In this document: positions 1 through 8,014 of the stretch, piece by piece
Layout: each line of letters starts with the position of its first letter
Numbering within the stretch: the first letter of the stretch is position 1
DNA from: Stellaceae bacterium
GTDB taxonomy: Bacteria > Pseudomonadota > Alphaproteobacteria > ATCC43930 > CGMCC-115725
Direction of reading: 5' to 3'
NCBI GenBank assembly: GCA_035570495.1
Contig: DATMLO010000127.1
Coordinates: forward strand, 5,173 to 69,172
DNA length: 64,000 nt
The notes under the pieces: model-generated
The model's input: only the letters and a program-made list of their open reading frames with translations
Told to the model about the DNA's origin: nothing
The model's database searches: none
Position numbers and translations under genes: made by a program

Positions 1-2
1 TT

Positions 3-332
3 TTGTGTGGGCTGCTGACCGGGCTGGGTTTCGGGGTCGAGCCAACCGGCCGGCACAATGACGGCTGCTTTATGGCCTGCTTCAAGGTCGACGCGTTTCG
101 CCCGCTGGCCGAGTTCAAGAAGGAGGTCGGCGAATTTGTCCGCTACCTCAAGGAGACGCCGGCGGCGGAAGGGTCGAGCGGGGTGCTCTATCCTGGTGAG
201 GTTGAGCATATGAAGGAACAGGATCGCCGTAAAAACGGCATCGAGGTCGAGGATTCGACCTGGGTGAAACTCAAGCTGCTCGCCGAGGAATACAAGGTGA
301 TCGATCAGCTCGGCATGGGAGATGTGGAATGA
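3..332 (+). CDS. Ldh_2 (malate/L-lactate dehydrogenase 2) family oxidoreductase, C-terminal fragment; the N-terminus lies left of the window
   Basis: The ORF runs in from the left edge. Its C-terminal sequence (HNDGCFMACFKVDAF...LYPGEVEH...) resembles the C-termini of Ldh_2 family enzymes. It has an ATGA overlap with the next gene at 329-332. Confidence 0.55.
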   Translation: MCGLLTGLGFGVEPTGRHNDGCFMACFKVDAFRPLAEFKKEVGEFVRYLKETPAAEGSSGVLYPGEVEHMKEQDRRKNGIEVEDSTWVKLKLLAEEYKVIDQLGMGDVE

Positions 333-982
333 TCGGTCAGCCCGTAACCGCTGACAGGCTGACGCTGTACGGCAGCTTCACCTCGAGTTCCAGCTACAAG
401 CCGATGCTGTATCTGGCGCTGGCGCGGGTGCCGTTCTCGTTCCGCACCGTCAACCTCAAGATCGGTGTGCAGAAGGAGGCCGAATATCTTGCGGTCAACC
501 GCTGGGGCGTGGTGCCAAGCCTCAAGCACAAAGGTCTGACGATCCTGCAATCGAACGTGATCCTCGACTACCTGGCGCGGGCGACCGGGATTTTCGAGGG
601 CAAGACCGAGGCGGCGAAGTGGGACGCGCGGTCGTGGTTGTCCTGGGAAGCGGACCATATCACCGCCGTGGCGCGGGTGCGCCATTCGGCGCGGTTCCGC
701 AAGATGCACGATGAGGTGATCGCCGAGTTCCGGCCGCGCGCCGAAGCGGCGCTGTCGTTTGTCGACAAGACCGTCGCCAACCAGCCCTTCCTCGTCGGCG
801 ACTATATGACGATCGCCGATATCGGCTGCTGGGGCCGTATGGTCTTTATGGCCGAGGGCGGGTTCGAGATGTCGAGCTGGCCGCATCTCGAGGCCTGGGC
901 CAACCGCATCAAGGCGATGCCCGGTTTTGCGCTGCCCTATGATCTGATCCCGTCAAAGGACCGCGAGTTCGACCCAGCCTGA
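329..982 (+). CDS. glutathione S-transferase family protein
   Basis: A 217-aa ORF. The N-terminal half looks like the thioredoxin-like GST fold (VVPSLKHKGLTILQSNVILDYL) and the C-terminal half like the helical GST_C domain (FLVGDYMTIADIGCWG). Confidence 0.85.
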   Translation: MIGQPVTADRLTLYGSFTSSSSYKPMLYLALARVPFSFRTVNLKIGVQKEAEYLAVNRWGVVPSLKHKGLTILQSNVILDYLARATGIFEGKTEAAKWDARSWLSWEADHITAVARVRHSARFRKMHDEVIAEFRPRAEAALSFVDKTVANQPFLVGDYMTIADIGCWGRMVFMAEGGFEMSSWPHLEAWANRIKAMPGFALPYDLIPSKDREFDPA

Positions 983-1038
983 GGTTGTGACCGCCGGGAG
1001 TGGACTTGCCGGCCGCGTGCCGGCATTATCCGCTCGCG

Positions 1039-1278
1039 ATGACCGGCAGAACCTTGTTCCTCCTGGCCTTTCCAGCCCTGCTCGCGCTCGCGGCCTGCCA
1101 GAGCCCCGAAACCGCCAGTAGCGCCGCCGCGGCTCCAGCCGATCTAGCTGCCTGGCGTCTCGCGTCGGGCAAGATGCCGACCCAGGCCGAATACGCGGCG
1201 CTCACCGCGACCTGCGAAGCGAAGGGCGGGATGACCGACGCCTGCTTCGCGGAACTGGGGTTGAAGAAAGCTCAGTAA
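1039..1278 (+). CDS. small lipoprotein, function unknown
   Basis: The ATG at 1039 gives MTGRTLFLLAFPALLALAAC, with a lipobox L-A-A-C. The GTG at 1000 is an alternative start. Confidence 0.55.
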   Translation: MTGRTLFLLAFPALLALAACQSPETASSAAAAPADLAAWRLASGKMPTQAEYAALTATCEAKGGMTDACFAELGLKKAQ

Positions 1279-1281
1279 CCT

Positions 1282-2007
1282 TCAGGTCAGCAACTCGCTC
1301 AACCTTCTGATAATCCGGTCAGGGACAATCGGCGAGCCGGGCGGCAGCCCGTTGCCGTAGCCGTCGTGCCAGATGGCGTGGATGCCGAGGCGCTGCGGGC
1401 CGGCGACCTCCCATTCGAGATTGTCGCCGACCATCCAGGTCTCGTGCGGGCCAACGCCAAGCACCTCCATCGCGTGGGTATAGGCGCGCTCCTCGGGTTT
1501 GCCGAAACCATGCTCGCCTTCGATTTGAATGTGGTCGAAGCGATGTTCGAGCGCGAAGCGCACCACCTTGGCGCGCTGCGGCGCGGCGGCACCGTTGGTG
1601 ATAAGCGCCAGCCGAACGCCCAATTCCTTCAGGCGGTCGAGCGTCGCATGCGCGTCGGGGAACATGGTGAGTTCCTCGTCATGCAGCGCGTTGTAGGCAT
1701 CGGCCATCGCGTCGCCGATCGCTTGCGCTGGCACCGCATGCCCCGCCGCCGTCAGCGCGACAAAGGCGTCGGTGACGATCTTGCGGCGCGCCTCATCGAT
1801 GCGGTGGCGCCAGTGTTTGTGGCGGCCCGGATCGGCCCACAGCTCGGACGTCGCGGCCTGGATCGCTTCGGCGACCACCGGCCCTTCCAGCGGCCCGAGC
1901 CGATCAGCAAAGGCGGCGATGGTGCGCTGCCATTGCGACGGCGACGGACCGAACGCGACCAGGAGCGTGTCGTCGAGATCGAAGAGGATCGCGGTCGGCA
2001 GCTTCAT
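1282..2007 (-). CDS. HAD-superfamily hydrolase
   Basis: It has the N-terminal DxD motif (AILFDLDDTLL), then ALITNG and MVGDNLEWEV motifs. It overlaps the upstream MBL gene by 4 nt. Confidence 0.85.
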   Translation of the reverse strand: MKLPTAILFDLDDTLLVAFGPSPSQWQRTIAAFADRLGPLEGPVVAEAIQAATSELWADPGRHKHWRHRIDEARRKIVTDAFVALTAAGHAVPAQAIGDAMADAYNALHDEELTMFPDAHATLDRLKELGVRLALITNGAAAPQRAKVVRFALEHRFDHIQIEGEHGFGKPEERAYTHAMEVLGVGPHETWMVGDNLEWEVAGPQRLGIHAIWHDGYGNGLPPGSPIVPDRIIRRLSELLT

Positions 2008-2771
2008 GCGATCGGAAGCGGCGCTTGCGGCACGGTCCGCCAGAAATCGGGGTCGTGGCCGAAAACGATCCGCGCGCCGGCTTTTTCCAATGCTTCGAGG
2101 CGATCGAGCGAGGCGAGCATCTGATCCTTGTCGTAGGCGAAACGCGGCAGGCGACGCTCGCGCAAGGTTTGGCAGAAATAGCAGCTGTCGGCGGCCAGCA
2201 CGATGTCGCCGCCCGCCGTACGCACCTTCAAGGACTGGTGCCCCGGCGTGTGGCCGTGCGTCGGCAGGCAGACGACCGAGCCGTCGCCAAACACGTCATG
2301 CTCGCCGTCAACCAGGCGCAGCTTGTGGCCGAGGTCGAAATCGCGCGGGTTAAAGCCGCGCTTCTCGGCGGCATCGGGGTCCATGCCGGCATCCCACTCG
2401 CGCCGCTGCACCAGGAGCGTCGCGTTGGGCACCAGCGCGTTGCCGCCGCAATGATCGAAATGGAAATGCGAGTTGATGAGGAGGTCGATCTTGGCGGGGT
2501 CGCGGTCGATCGCCTCGAGCCGGGCGCTGACCTCCTCGCCGGGCGTGAAACCGATGCGAAACAGATCGGTGAGGCGCTCGCCGAGCCGGCCGGCGGGATC
2601 GTGCTGGCAAGCGGGGTGAAGCCCGGTGTCGAATAGCGCGCGGCCCTTCGGATGCTCGATCAAGAAGACCGGGATCGGCACGGTGATCTCGCCCTCGCCG
2701 CCTTCCATCAGCCGGCCGAACTCCCCGGTGACCGTGCCGCAGGTGAACGCGAAGAGCGAGGGCGCACTCAT
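2004..2771 (-). CDS. MBL-fold hydrolase of the N-acyl homoserine lactonase family
   Basis: It carries the zinc motif HxHxDH (NSHFHFDHCGG) and a downstream PTHGHTPGH. The N-terminal FLIEHPKGRALFDTG is typical of AHL-lactonase-like MBL proteins. Confidence 0.75.
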   Translation of the reverse strand: MSAPSLFAFTCGTVTGEFGRLMEGGEGEITVPIPVFLIEHPKGRALFDTGLHPACQHDPAGRLGERLTDLFRIGFTPGEEVSARLEAIDRDPAKIDLLINSHFHFDHCGGNALVPNATLLVQRREWDAGMDPDAAEKRGFNPRDFDLGHKLRLVDGEHDVFGDGSVVCLPTHGHTPGHQSLKVRTAGGDIVLAADSCYFCQTLRERRLPRFAYDKDQMLASLDRLEALEKAGARIVFGHDPDFWRTVPQAPLPIA

Positions 2772-2781
2772 CCGGGGCCCG

Positions 2782-3234
2782 TCAGTTGCATTTGGTCAAA
2801 TACGGGGAGGGCTGCCCGTTCGAGACGATTTTGAAATCCTTGACCGAGAAGTTGCCGCTCTGGTCGTGATTGTATTGCGAGATCATCTTGTTCGGACCGT
2901 TCTTCATCAGGCCGATGAAGCGGCTCTGTGGCGGGTTGAGGCCCGGATAGAAGATTTCCATTTCGAGCCGGTCGCCGGTCACCTTGAGGCTGACGACGTT
3001 GTTGCTATCCTGTGCGTCGCCGAAATTGCGGTTGTGCACAACGTCGGCGCCGATGACCGCGAACTGCAGATAATTGTTCGTTCGGGCCGCCGGCTGCTTG
3101 CAATCGAGCGACCAGGTGCCGATCAGCCCCCATTTCATCGCCGTCTCGGCGGCGGTGTCGGCAAGCGCCGGTACGGCCCACAGGAGGGCAAGGACGAGCG
3201 CCGTGATGCGCGCGCCCGGATGTGCTTTTGTCAC
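2782..3234 (-). CDS. exported hypothetical protein
   Basis: It has a signal peptide (ITALVLALLWAVPALA-DT) and two Cys residues. I recognised no motif. By eye it is more AT-rich than its neighbours. Confidence 0.6.
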   Translation of the reverse strand: MTKAHPGARITALVLALLWAVPALADTAAETAMKWGLIGTWSLDCKQPAARTNNYLQFAVIGADVVHNRNFGDAQDSNNVVSLKVTGDRLEMEIFYPGLNPPQSRFIGLMKNGPNKMISQYNHDQSGNFSVKDFKIVSNGQPSPYLTKCN

Positions 3235-3257
3235 GACGATGGCCTTCCCCCTCCGGG

Positions 3258-4310
3258 TTATTCCGCCGCCTCGACCATCTCGGCGGCGGATGATTGATGG
3301 CCCTTCTGGTGGAAATAATTCGCCCGGTAGAACGCCAGCACGAGCTCGCGATAGACGGTCGGCTCATAGCGGGCGGGGTTGTCGGCGCTGACGCAGCTCG
3401 GCAGGCACTCGATCGTCGAATTGGGGTTTGGCGAGTGGAAATAGGCGATCGAATAGCGGTCGGTGCCGCTTTCGTTGAGCACGCCGTGCGGGGTCGACAA
3501 GAAACGGTCGTTCGAGAAGCGCCGCATCATGTTGCCGAGATTGATGAGGAAGGTGCCCTCGATGATCGGCGGCGGGAACCACTGGCCAGACGGCAGCCGC
3601 ACCGCGAGACCGGGCACCTCGGTGCGCGCCAGCGCGGTCATAAAGGAATTGTCGGTGTGCGGCGCCTGGCCGAACAGATTGTCTTCATCAGCGTCCTGCG
3701 GCGGGTAGTGCAAGAAACGCAGATTGTGATGGCCGTCGCCGGCAAAGCGCGCGGCAAAGGCATCTTCCGGCATGTCGAGCGCGGCGGCGAAGGCCGGCAG
3801 CATGCGGTCACACATCGCGCCGAGCGTCTTGAAATACGTCACCATCGGCTGGCGGATATCGGGCAGCGAACCCGGCCACTGATTGACGCCGCGCAGCGGC
3901 ACCTTGGAGACGACCTCGGGGTGGTCGGGCGCGCGGTCGTGGCTGATGAAGAAGCTTTCGTTCTGGTTGGGGCGGGTCGCCTTATGCACGGTCGAGGCGC
4001 CCTGCACCGAGGCGTTCATCGGCAGATAGCCGATATTCCAGTCGTTGAGCCGGAGCGAGAGCTTGTCGTCCATCGAGAGCTGCGTGTGGAAGCGGCGCGA
4101 GGCGGCAAAGGCGTTGTCGACGATCTCGTCCGGGACGCCATGGCCGGAAATGTAGAAAAAGCCGACATTCTCGCAGGCATGCCGGACCTGCGGCACGAGT
4201 CGGTCGAGCGCGCCCGGCTCGCCGGCGAAATACGGGCCGTAATCGATGACCGGGATCTGCGACGCCGCCGCGGCGTAGTCCTTGACACCTTGTTCCTTGA
4301 ACAGATTCAT
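3258..4310 (-). CDS. 2-oxoglutarate/Fe(II)-dependent oxygenase (isopenicillin N synthase-like)
   Basis: The sequence contains APHTDNSFMTAL, LSTPHGV and RYSIAYF, which fit the 2OG-Fe(II) oxygenase fold. I placed the start at ATG 4310 (MNLFKEQG). The 39 in-frame codons further upstream run through the repeat array at 4363-4418. Confidence 0.85.
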   Translation of the reverse strand: MNLFKEQGVKDYAAAASQIPVIDYGPYFAGEPGALDRLVPQVRHACENVGFFYISGHGVPDEIVDNAFAASRRFHTQLSMDDKLSLRLNDWNIGYLPMNASVQGASTVHKATRPNQNESFFISHDRAPDHPEVVSKVPLRGVNQWPGSLPDIRQPMVTYFKTLGAMCDRMLPAFAAALDMPEDAFAARFAGDGHHNLRFLHYPPQDADEDNLFGQAPHTDNSFMTALARTEVPGLAVRLPSGQWFPPPIIEGTFLINLGNMMRRFSNDRFLSTPHGVLNESGTDRYSIAYFHSPNPNSTIECLPSCVSADNPARYEPTVYRELVLAFYRANYFHQKGHQSSAAEMVEAAE

Positions 4311-4362
4311 CAGCCGGCCCCTTTTGCGTTCGTCGCCCCGACTATACCCCGCCCCTCGCCTT

Positions 4363-4418
4363 TTAACAGGAGGCTCGCCTCCTGTTATCCTCCTGTTATC
4401 GACGCAAATAACAGGAGG
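4363..4418. promoter_or_regulatory. array of four (T/A)TAACAGGAGG motifs (two perfect inverted repeats sharing a tandem pair)
   Basis: The sequence reads TTAACAGGAGG ctcg CCTCCTGTTAT CCTCCTGTTAT cgacgcaa ATAACAGGAGG. It lies in the divergent intergenic region. Confidence 0.6.
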
Positions 4419-4540
4419 TGACGACATGCTGTTATTTGACCGTCATGGTTTGGCCTGTCGCGAGCCGGTTGTTTGCGCAAAAATCGCATTACCGTCATAT
4501 CGGCATGCCCCGCCACATTTAAAGTACAAAAAGGGAACAA

Positions 4541-4618
4541 ATGCCTGTCGTCACCATTGAACAGCCGGTTTCGGTCATCGCGATCGATCGCCTCAACTTG
4601 GGCTGTACGCGCCGATGA
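4541..4618 (+). pseudogene. duplicated 5' fragment of the downstream enoyl-CoA hydratase gene
   Basis: atgcctgtcgtcaccattgaacag...ccggtttcggtcatcgcgatcgatcgcc matches atgtccgtcgtcaccatcgaacagcgcgggccggtttcgatcatcgcgatcaaccggcc at 4828, apart from a 6-nt gap. The fragment translates to MPVVTIEQPVSVIAIDR, against MSVVTIEQRGPVSIIAINR for the real gene, and stops after 25 codons. Confidence 0.6.
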
Positions 4619-4827
4619 GAACGGCATTGCTCGCGGTTTTGGGCGCTGTGATCGGCGGGGGCTATGAGGCGTACCAGAGCTTCGAGCTCATGCGCATGGG
4701 GGCATATTTCCCTCGCGATGGGGCTGGGGGTCATCATGGCCGGCGCGGCGGTCGGCGCGATCCTCTTCGCCGTTGCGCCGGTCTTGTACCGGCTGGTACG
4801 TCCCAGCTGACATTTGAGGAGTTGCCG

Positions 4828-5565
4828 ATGTCCGTCGTCACCATCGAACAGCGCGGGCCGGTTTCGATCATCGCGATCAACCGGCCGGAAAAACTGAACG
4901 CGATCAACAAGGCGGTCGCGATCGAGCTGCAGCAGGCCTTCGCCACGTTTGACGCGTCGGAGCAGCGGGTCGCGATCCTCACCGGCAATGGCGGGAAGGC
5001 ATTCTCGGCGGGCGCGGATGTCACCGACCTGCCCGAGTTGTGGCGCTGCGTGCCGACGGTCGGGATCAAGACCGAAAAGCCGGTCATCGCCGCCGTCAGC
5101 GGCTGGTGCATCGGCGGCGGCCTCGTCATGGCGATGATGTGCGACCTGCTGATCGCGGCGGAGAATGCGCGGTTCTCCTATCCCGAGGGCAAGGTCGGGA
5201 TCACCGGCGGGATGATCGCCGGGCTCGCGGCGCGCATCCCGCACAAGGTGGCGATGGAGATGATGCTGCTGGGCGAGCCGATCGACGCGGCGCGCGCCTA
5301 TGCGGTGGGGCTGGCGAACCGGGTCGTGACCGCTGGGAACGAGGTCGACGAGGCGGTCGCGATGGCGGAAAAGATCGTCGATCTGGCGCCGCTGGCGCTC
5401 GCGGCGATGAAGCGATTCGTCAATGACGGGGTGCTGCCGAAGGGTCCGGCGGAGCTGGCGGCGCTGTACGGCTCACAGCTCGGCGCGGTGCGCAGCAGCG
5501 AGGATGCGAAGGAAGGCGTCGCCGCTTTCAGGGAGAGACGGCGGCCGCGCTACCGGGGGCGGTAG
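4828..5565 (+). CDS. enoyl-CoA hydratase/isomerase (crotonase) family protein
   Basis: The ATG at 4828 is preceded by GAGGA. The product contains ...IAINRPEKLNAI..., GNGGKAFSAGADV and ...VSGWCIGGG..., all crotonase-fold motifs. The longer ORF from 4615 has an implausible N-terminus. Confidence 0.9.
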   Translation: MSVVTIEQRGPVSIIAINRPEKLNAINKAVAIELQQAFATFDASEQRVAILTGNGGKAFSAGADVTDLPELWRCVPTVGIKTEKPVIAAVSGWCIGGGLVMAMMCDLLIAAENARFSYPEGKVGITGGMIAGLAARIPHKVAMEMMLLGEPIDAARAYAVGLANRVVTAGNEVDEAVAMAEKIVDLAPLALAAMKRFVNDGVLPKGPAELAALYGSQLGAVRSSEDAKEGVAAFRERRRPRYRGR

Positions 5566-5588
5566 CGCGGGGCAGGCGAGGGAAGGAG

Positions 5589-5786
5589 CTAGGCGGCGAA
5601 AAGCTGGAAGGTCTTGGAGCGCTCGACGCGGGCGGCTTCCTTGGCGGCGCTGTAGTCGCGCAACGCGGCGCGATCGGCGTCGGAAACCGCGGCGTGGGTG
5701 GGAACAGCGCAGGCGGTCGGGCAGCGGGTGATGCCCTTCTTGCGCATGAATTCGGCGACCAACGCGTCCTGTTCGTTCTGGGACAT
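5589..5786 (-). CDS. small hypothetical protein (65 aa)
   Basis: GGGAGA lies upstream of the ATG and the amino-acid composition is balanced. It contains a CPTAC motif. Function is unknown. Confidence 0.5.
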   Translation of the reverse strand: MSQNEQDALVAEFMRKKGITRCPTACAVPTHAAVSDADRAALRDYSAAKEAARVERSKTFQLFAA

Positions 5787-5969
5787 GGGGAGTCTCCCGG
5801 TGGCCTTTTAACCTTAACGCTGCACCACTGGTTACATCCCAATTCGTTAACAACGCGTTAGATCAAAAACCGTCGATAAAATTTTTGCGCGAGTCGGTCA
5901 GGAGCGCCGATATGGCTTTTTGCGTATCTGCGACATTATAGTTGTCGCGAGGTACAAAAGAGGCGGCCC

Positions 5970-6806
5970 TTGGCCCAATCCGACCTGACCATCCATTTCT
6001 GGGGTGTGCGCGGCAGCATCCCCTGCCCCGGGTTCGAAACGATCCGATACGGCGGCAATACGTCGTGCGTCGAGATCCGCTGCGGCCGCCGCTTGCTGGT
6101 GTTCGACGGCGGTTCGGGGCTGCGGCCGCTCGGCAAGGCGCTGGTCGCGGCGGGGCGCAATGTCGATCTCGATCTATTTTACAGCCACACGCATTTCGAC
6201 CACATCGTCGGGCTGCCATTCTTCGCGCCGGCCTATTCGCAGGGGACACGCATACGCTTTTGGGCCGGGCATCTGAAGCCCGTCGGCCTCAACATCAAGA
6301 CCGTGCTCGAGCAGATGATGTCGCCGCCGCTTTTCCCGATCCCGATCGACATCTTCGCGGCGCGGCTCGATTTCCGCGATTTCAACGCTGGCGACACGCT
6401 GACCCCGTATTCCGCGATCAAGCTGGTGACCGCGCCGCTCAACCACCCCGACGGCGCCACCGGGTATCGCGTGGAATTCGCTGGCAAGGTCGTCGCCTAC
6501 ATCACCGATACCGAGCACCACGCCGGCGTCAGCGACGCCAACGTGCTCAAGCTCATGCACCACGCCGACGTCGCGATCTACGATTGCACCTATACGGACG
6601 AGGAATACCCGCGGCACCGGCACTGGGGACATTCGACCTGGGAGGAAGGCGTGCGCCTCGCCAAAGAAGCGCACGTCAAGCAGTTCGTGATCTTCCACCA
6701 CGACCCCAGCCACACCGACGCGATGATGGATCAGATCGCCGCCGATGCGACAAAGCAGCGGCCCGGCACCGTCGTCGCCCATGACGGGCTGATGATCGAG
6801 CTTTAG
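5970..6806 (+). CDS. MBL-fold metallo-hydrolase
   Basis: It has a TTG start preceded by AGAGG, the motif YSHTHFDHIVG (HxHxDH) and a C-terminal FHHDP. Confidence 0.85.
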   Translation: MAQSDLTIHFWGVRGSIPCPGFETIRYGGNTSCVEIRCGRRLLVFDGGSGLRPLGKALVAAGRNVDLDLFYSHTHFDHIVGLPFFAPAYSQGTRIRFWAGHLKPVGLNIKTVLEQMMSPPLFPIPIDIFAARLDFRDFNAGDTLTPYSAIKLVTAPLNHPDGATGYRVEFAGKVVAYITDTEHHAGVSDANVLKLMHHADVAIYDCTYTDEEYPRHRHWGHSTWEEGVRLAKEAHVKQFVIFHHDPSHTDAMMDQIAADATKQRPGTVVAHDGLMIEL

Positions 6807-6808
6807 CC

Positions 6809-8014
6809 TTAGTGGTACGGGTCGGCGGCGTCGCGCAGCCCGTCGCCGAAAAAGTTGAACGCCAGCACCGTCACGATCACCGGCACCACCGGCAGCATCA
6901 GCCACGGGTAGAGCGCGACGACGCTGATATTCTGCGACTCGTTCAACAGCACGCCCCAGCTGGTGATCGGCGGGCGCAGGCCGAGGCCGAGGAAGGACAG
7001 CGCGGTTTCGCCGAGGATCATGCTCGGGATCACGAGCGTCGCCGAGGCGATCAGGTGGCTCATAAAGCTCGGCAGCAGATGACGGCCGATGATCCTGGCC
7101 GGGGTCGCGCCCATCAGCACCGCGGCGGTGCAGAAATCCTCCTCGCGCAGCGACAGCAGCTTTGAGCGCACCGCGCGCGCGAGATGCGTCCACTCGATCA
7201 TGCCGAGAATGAGGGTGATGCCGAAATAGATAAGAAGCGGGCTCCAGGTCACCGGCAGGATCGCACCCAGCGCCATCCAGAGCGGCAGATGCGGGAAAGA
7301 CTGCACGACCTCGATGCCGCGCTGGATCAGGATGTCGGTCCAGCCGCCGTAATAGCCGGCGATGCCGCCGATCAGGATGCCGAGCGTAAAGCTGACCGAG
7401 ACGCCGATCAGTCCGACCGTCAGCGATATCCGTGCGCCATAGATGATGCGCGACAGGAGATCGCGGCCCAGCCGGTCAGTCCCGAGCAGGAAAAGCTGGC
7501 CGCCCTCTGACGGGCAGACCAGGTGAAAGCGCATCGGGATGTAGCCCCAAAAGAGGTACTTGTCCCCGCCGCAGAAGAACCGCAGCGTCTCGTGCTTTGC
7601 CGCGTTCGCGGTGTAGACGCGCTTCAGGTTGTTCATGTCGAGCCGGTAATCGTAGCCCTCGACATAAGGCGCCACGAGACTGCCGTTCTCGAAAATATGC
7701 ACCTTCTGCGGCGGCGCGTAGATGAAGTCGGTGTTGCGGGTGTCGAGCGCGTAGGGCGCGAGGAACTCGCTGACCAAGGTCGTCGCGTAAAACGCCAGCA
7801 GCAGAAACCCGCAAACAACCGCGACCCGGTGGCGCAGCAGGCGCCACCACATCAGGCGCCACTGCGACGCCTGAGAATAGCGGGCCTGCCCAACGGTCAT
7901 CGCCTCGACCGACATCGGGTCGAACGGCACCGGCGACACGTAATGCGGTAGCGCGCCGCTGTCTTCGCCGGGCGTCGGGCGACGGTCGGCGGGGTCGAGG
8001 GTGATGTCGGTCAT
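6809..8014 (-). CDS. peptide/opine-type ABC transporter permease (YejE/DppC-like)
   Basis: The product has multiple TM helices, a long N-terminal extension, and a C-terminal GDGLRDAADP typical of DppC/OppC-type permeases. It overlaps the upstream permease gene by 4 nt. Confidence 0.9.
   Translation of the reverse strand: MTDITLDPADRRPTPGEDSGALPHYVSPVPFDPMSVEAMTVGQARYSQASQWRLMWWRLLRHRVAVVCGFLLLAFYATTLVSEFLAPYALDTRNTDFIYAPPQKVHIFENGSLVAPYVEGYDYRLDMNNLKRVYTANAAKHETLRFFCGGDKYLFWGYIPMRFHLVCPSEGGQLFLLGTDRLGRDLLSRIIYGARISLTVGLIGVSVSFTLGILIGGIAGYYGGWTDILIQRGIEVVQSFPHLPLWMALGAILPVTWSPLLIYFGITLILGMIEWTHLARAVRSKLLSLREEDFCTAAVLMGATPARIIGRHLLPSFMSHLIASATLVIPSMILGETALSFLGLGLRPPITSWGVLLNESQNISVVALYPWLMLPVVPVIVTVLAFNFFGDGLRDAADPYH

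Noticed and set aside
4378-4399. The tandem 11-mer CCTCCTGTTAT x2, considered as a possible mini CRISPR or tandem-repeat locus.
   Set aside because: There are only two units, no spacers and no cas genes. The pair is better explained as part of the palindromic motif array.
4311-4427. The N-terminal extension of the 2OG-oxygenase ORF (start at 4427), and the 4615-4827 extension of the enoyl-CoA hydratase ORF.
   Set aside because: The extensions run through the repeat array and low-complexity sequence. Internal ATGs with SD-like sequences coincide with the start of family-typical sequence.
5847-5861. TTAA-N7-TTAG, resembling a CtrA box (TTAA-N7-TTAAC), in the gap upstream of the MBL-fold gene.
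   Set aside because: It is a single imperfect half-conserved site in an AT-richer gap, which is easily expected by chance. There is no supporting context.
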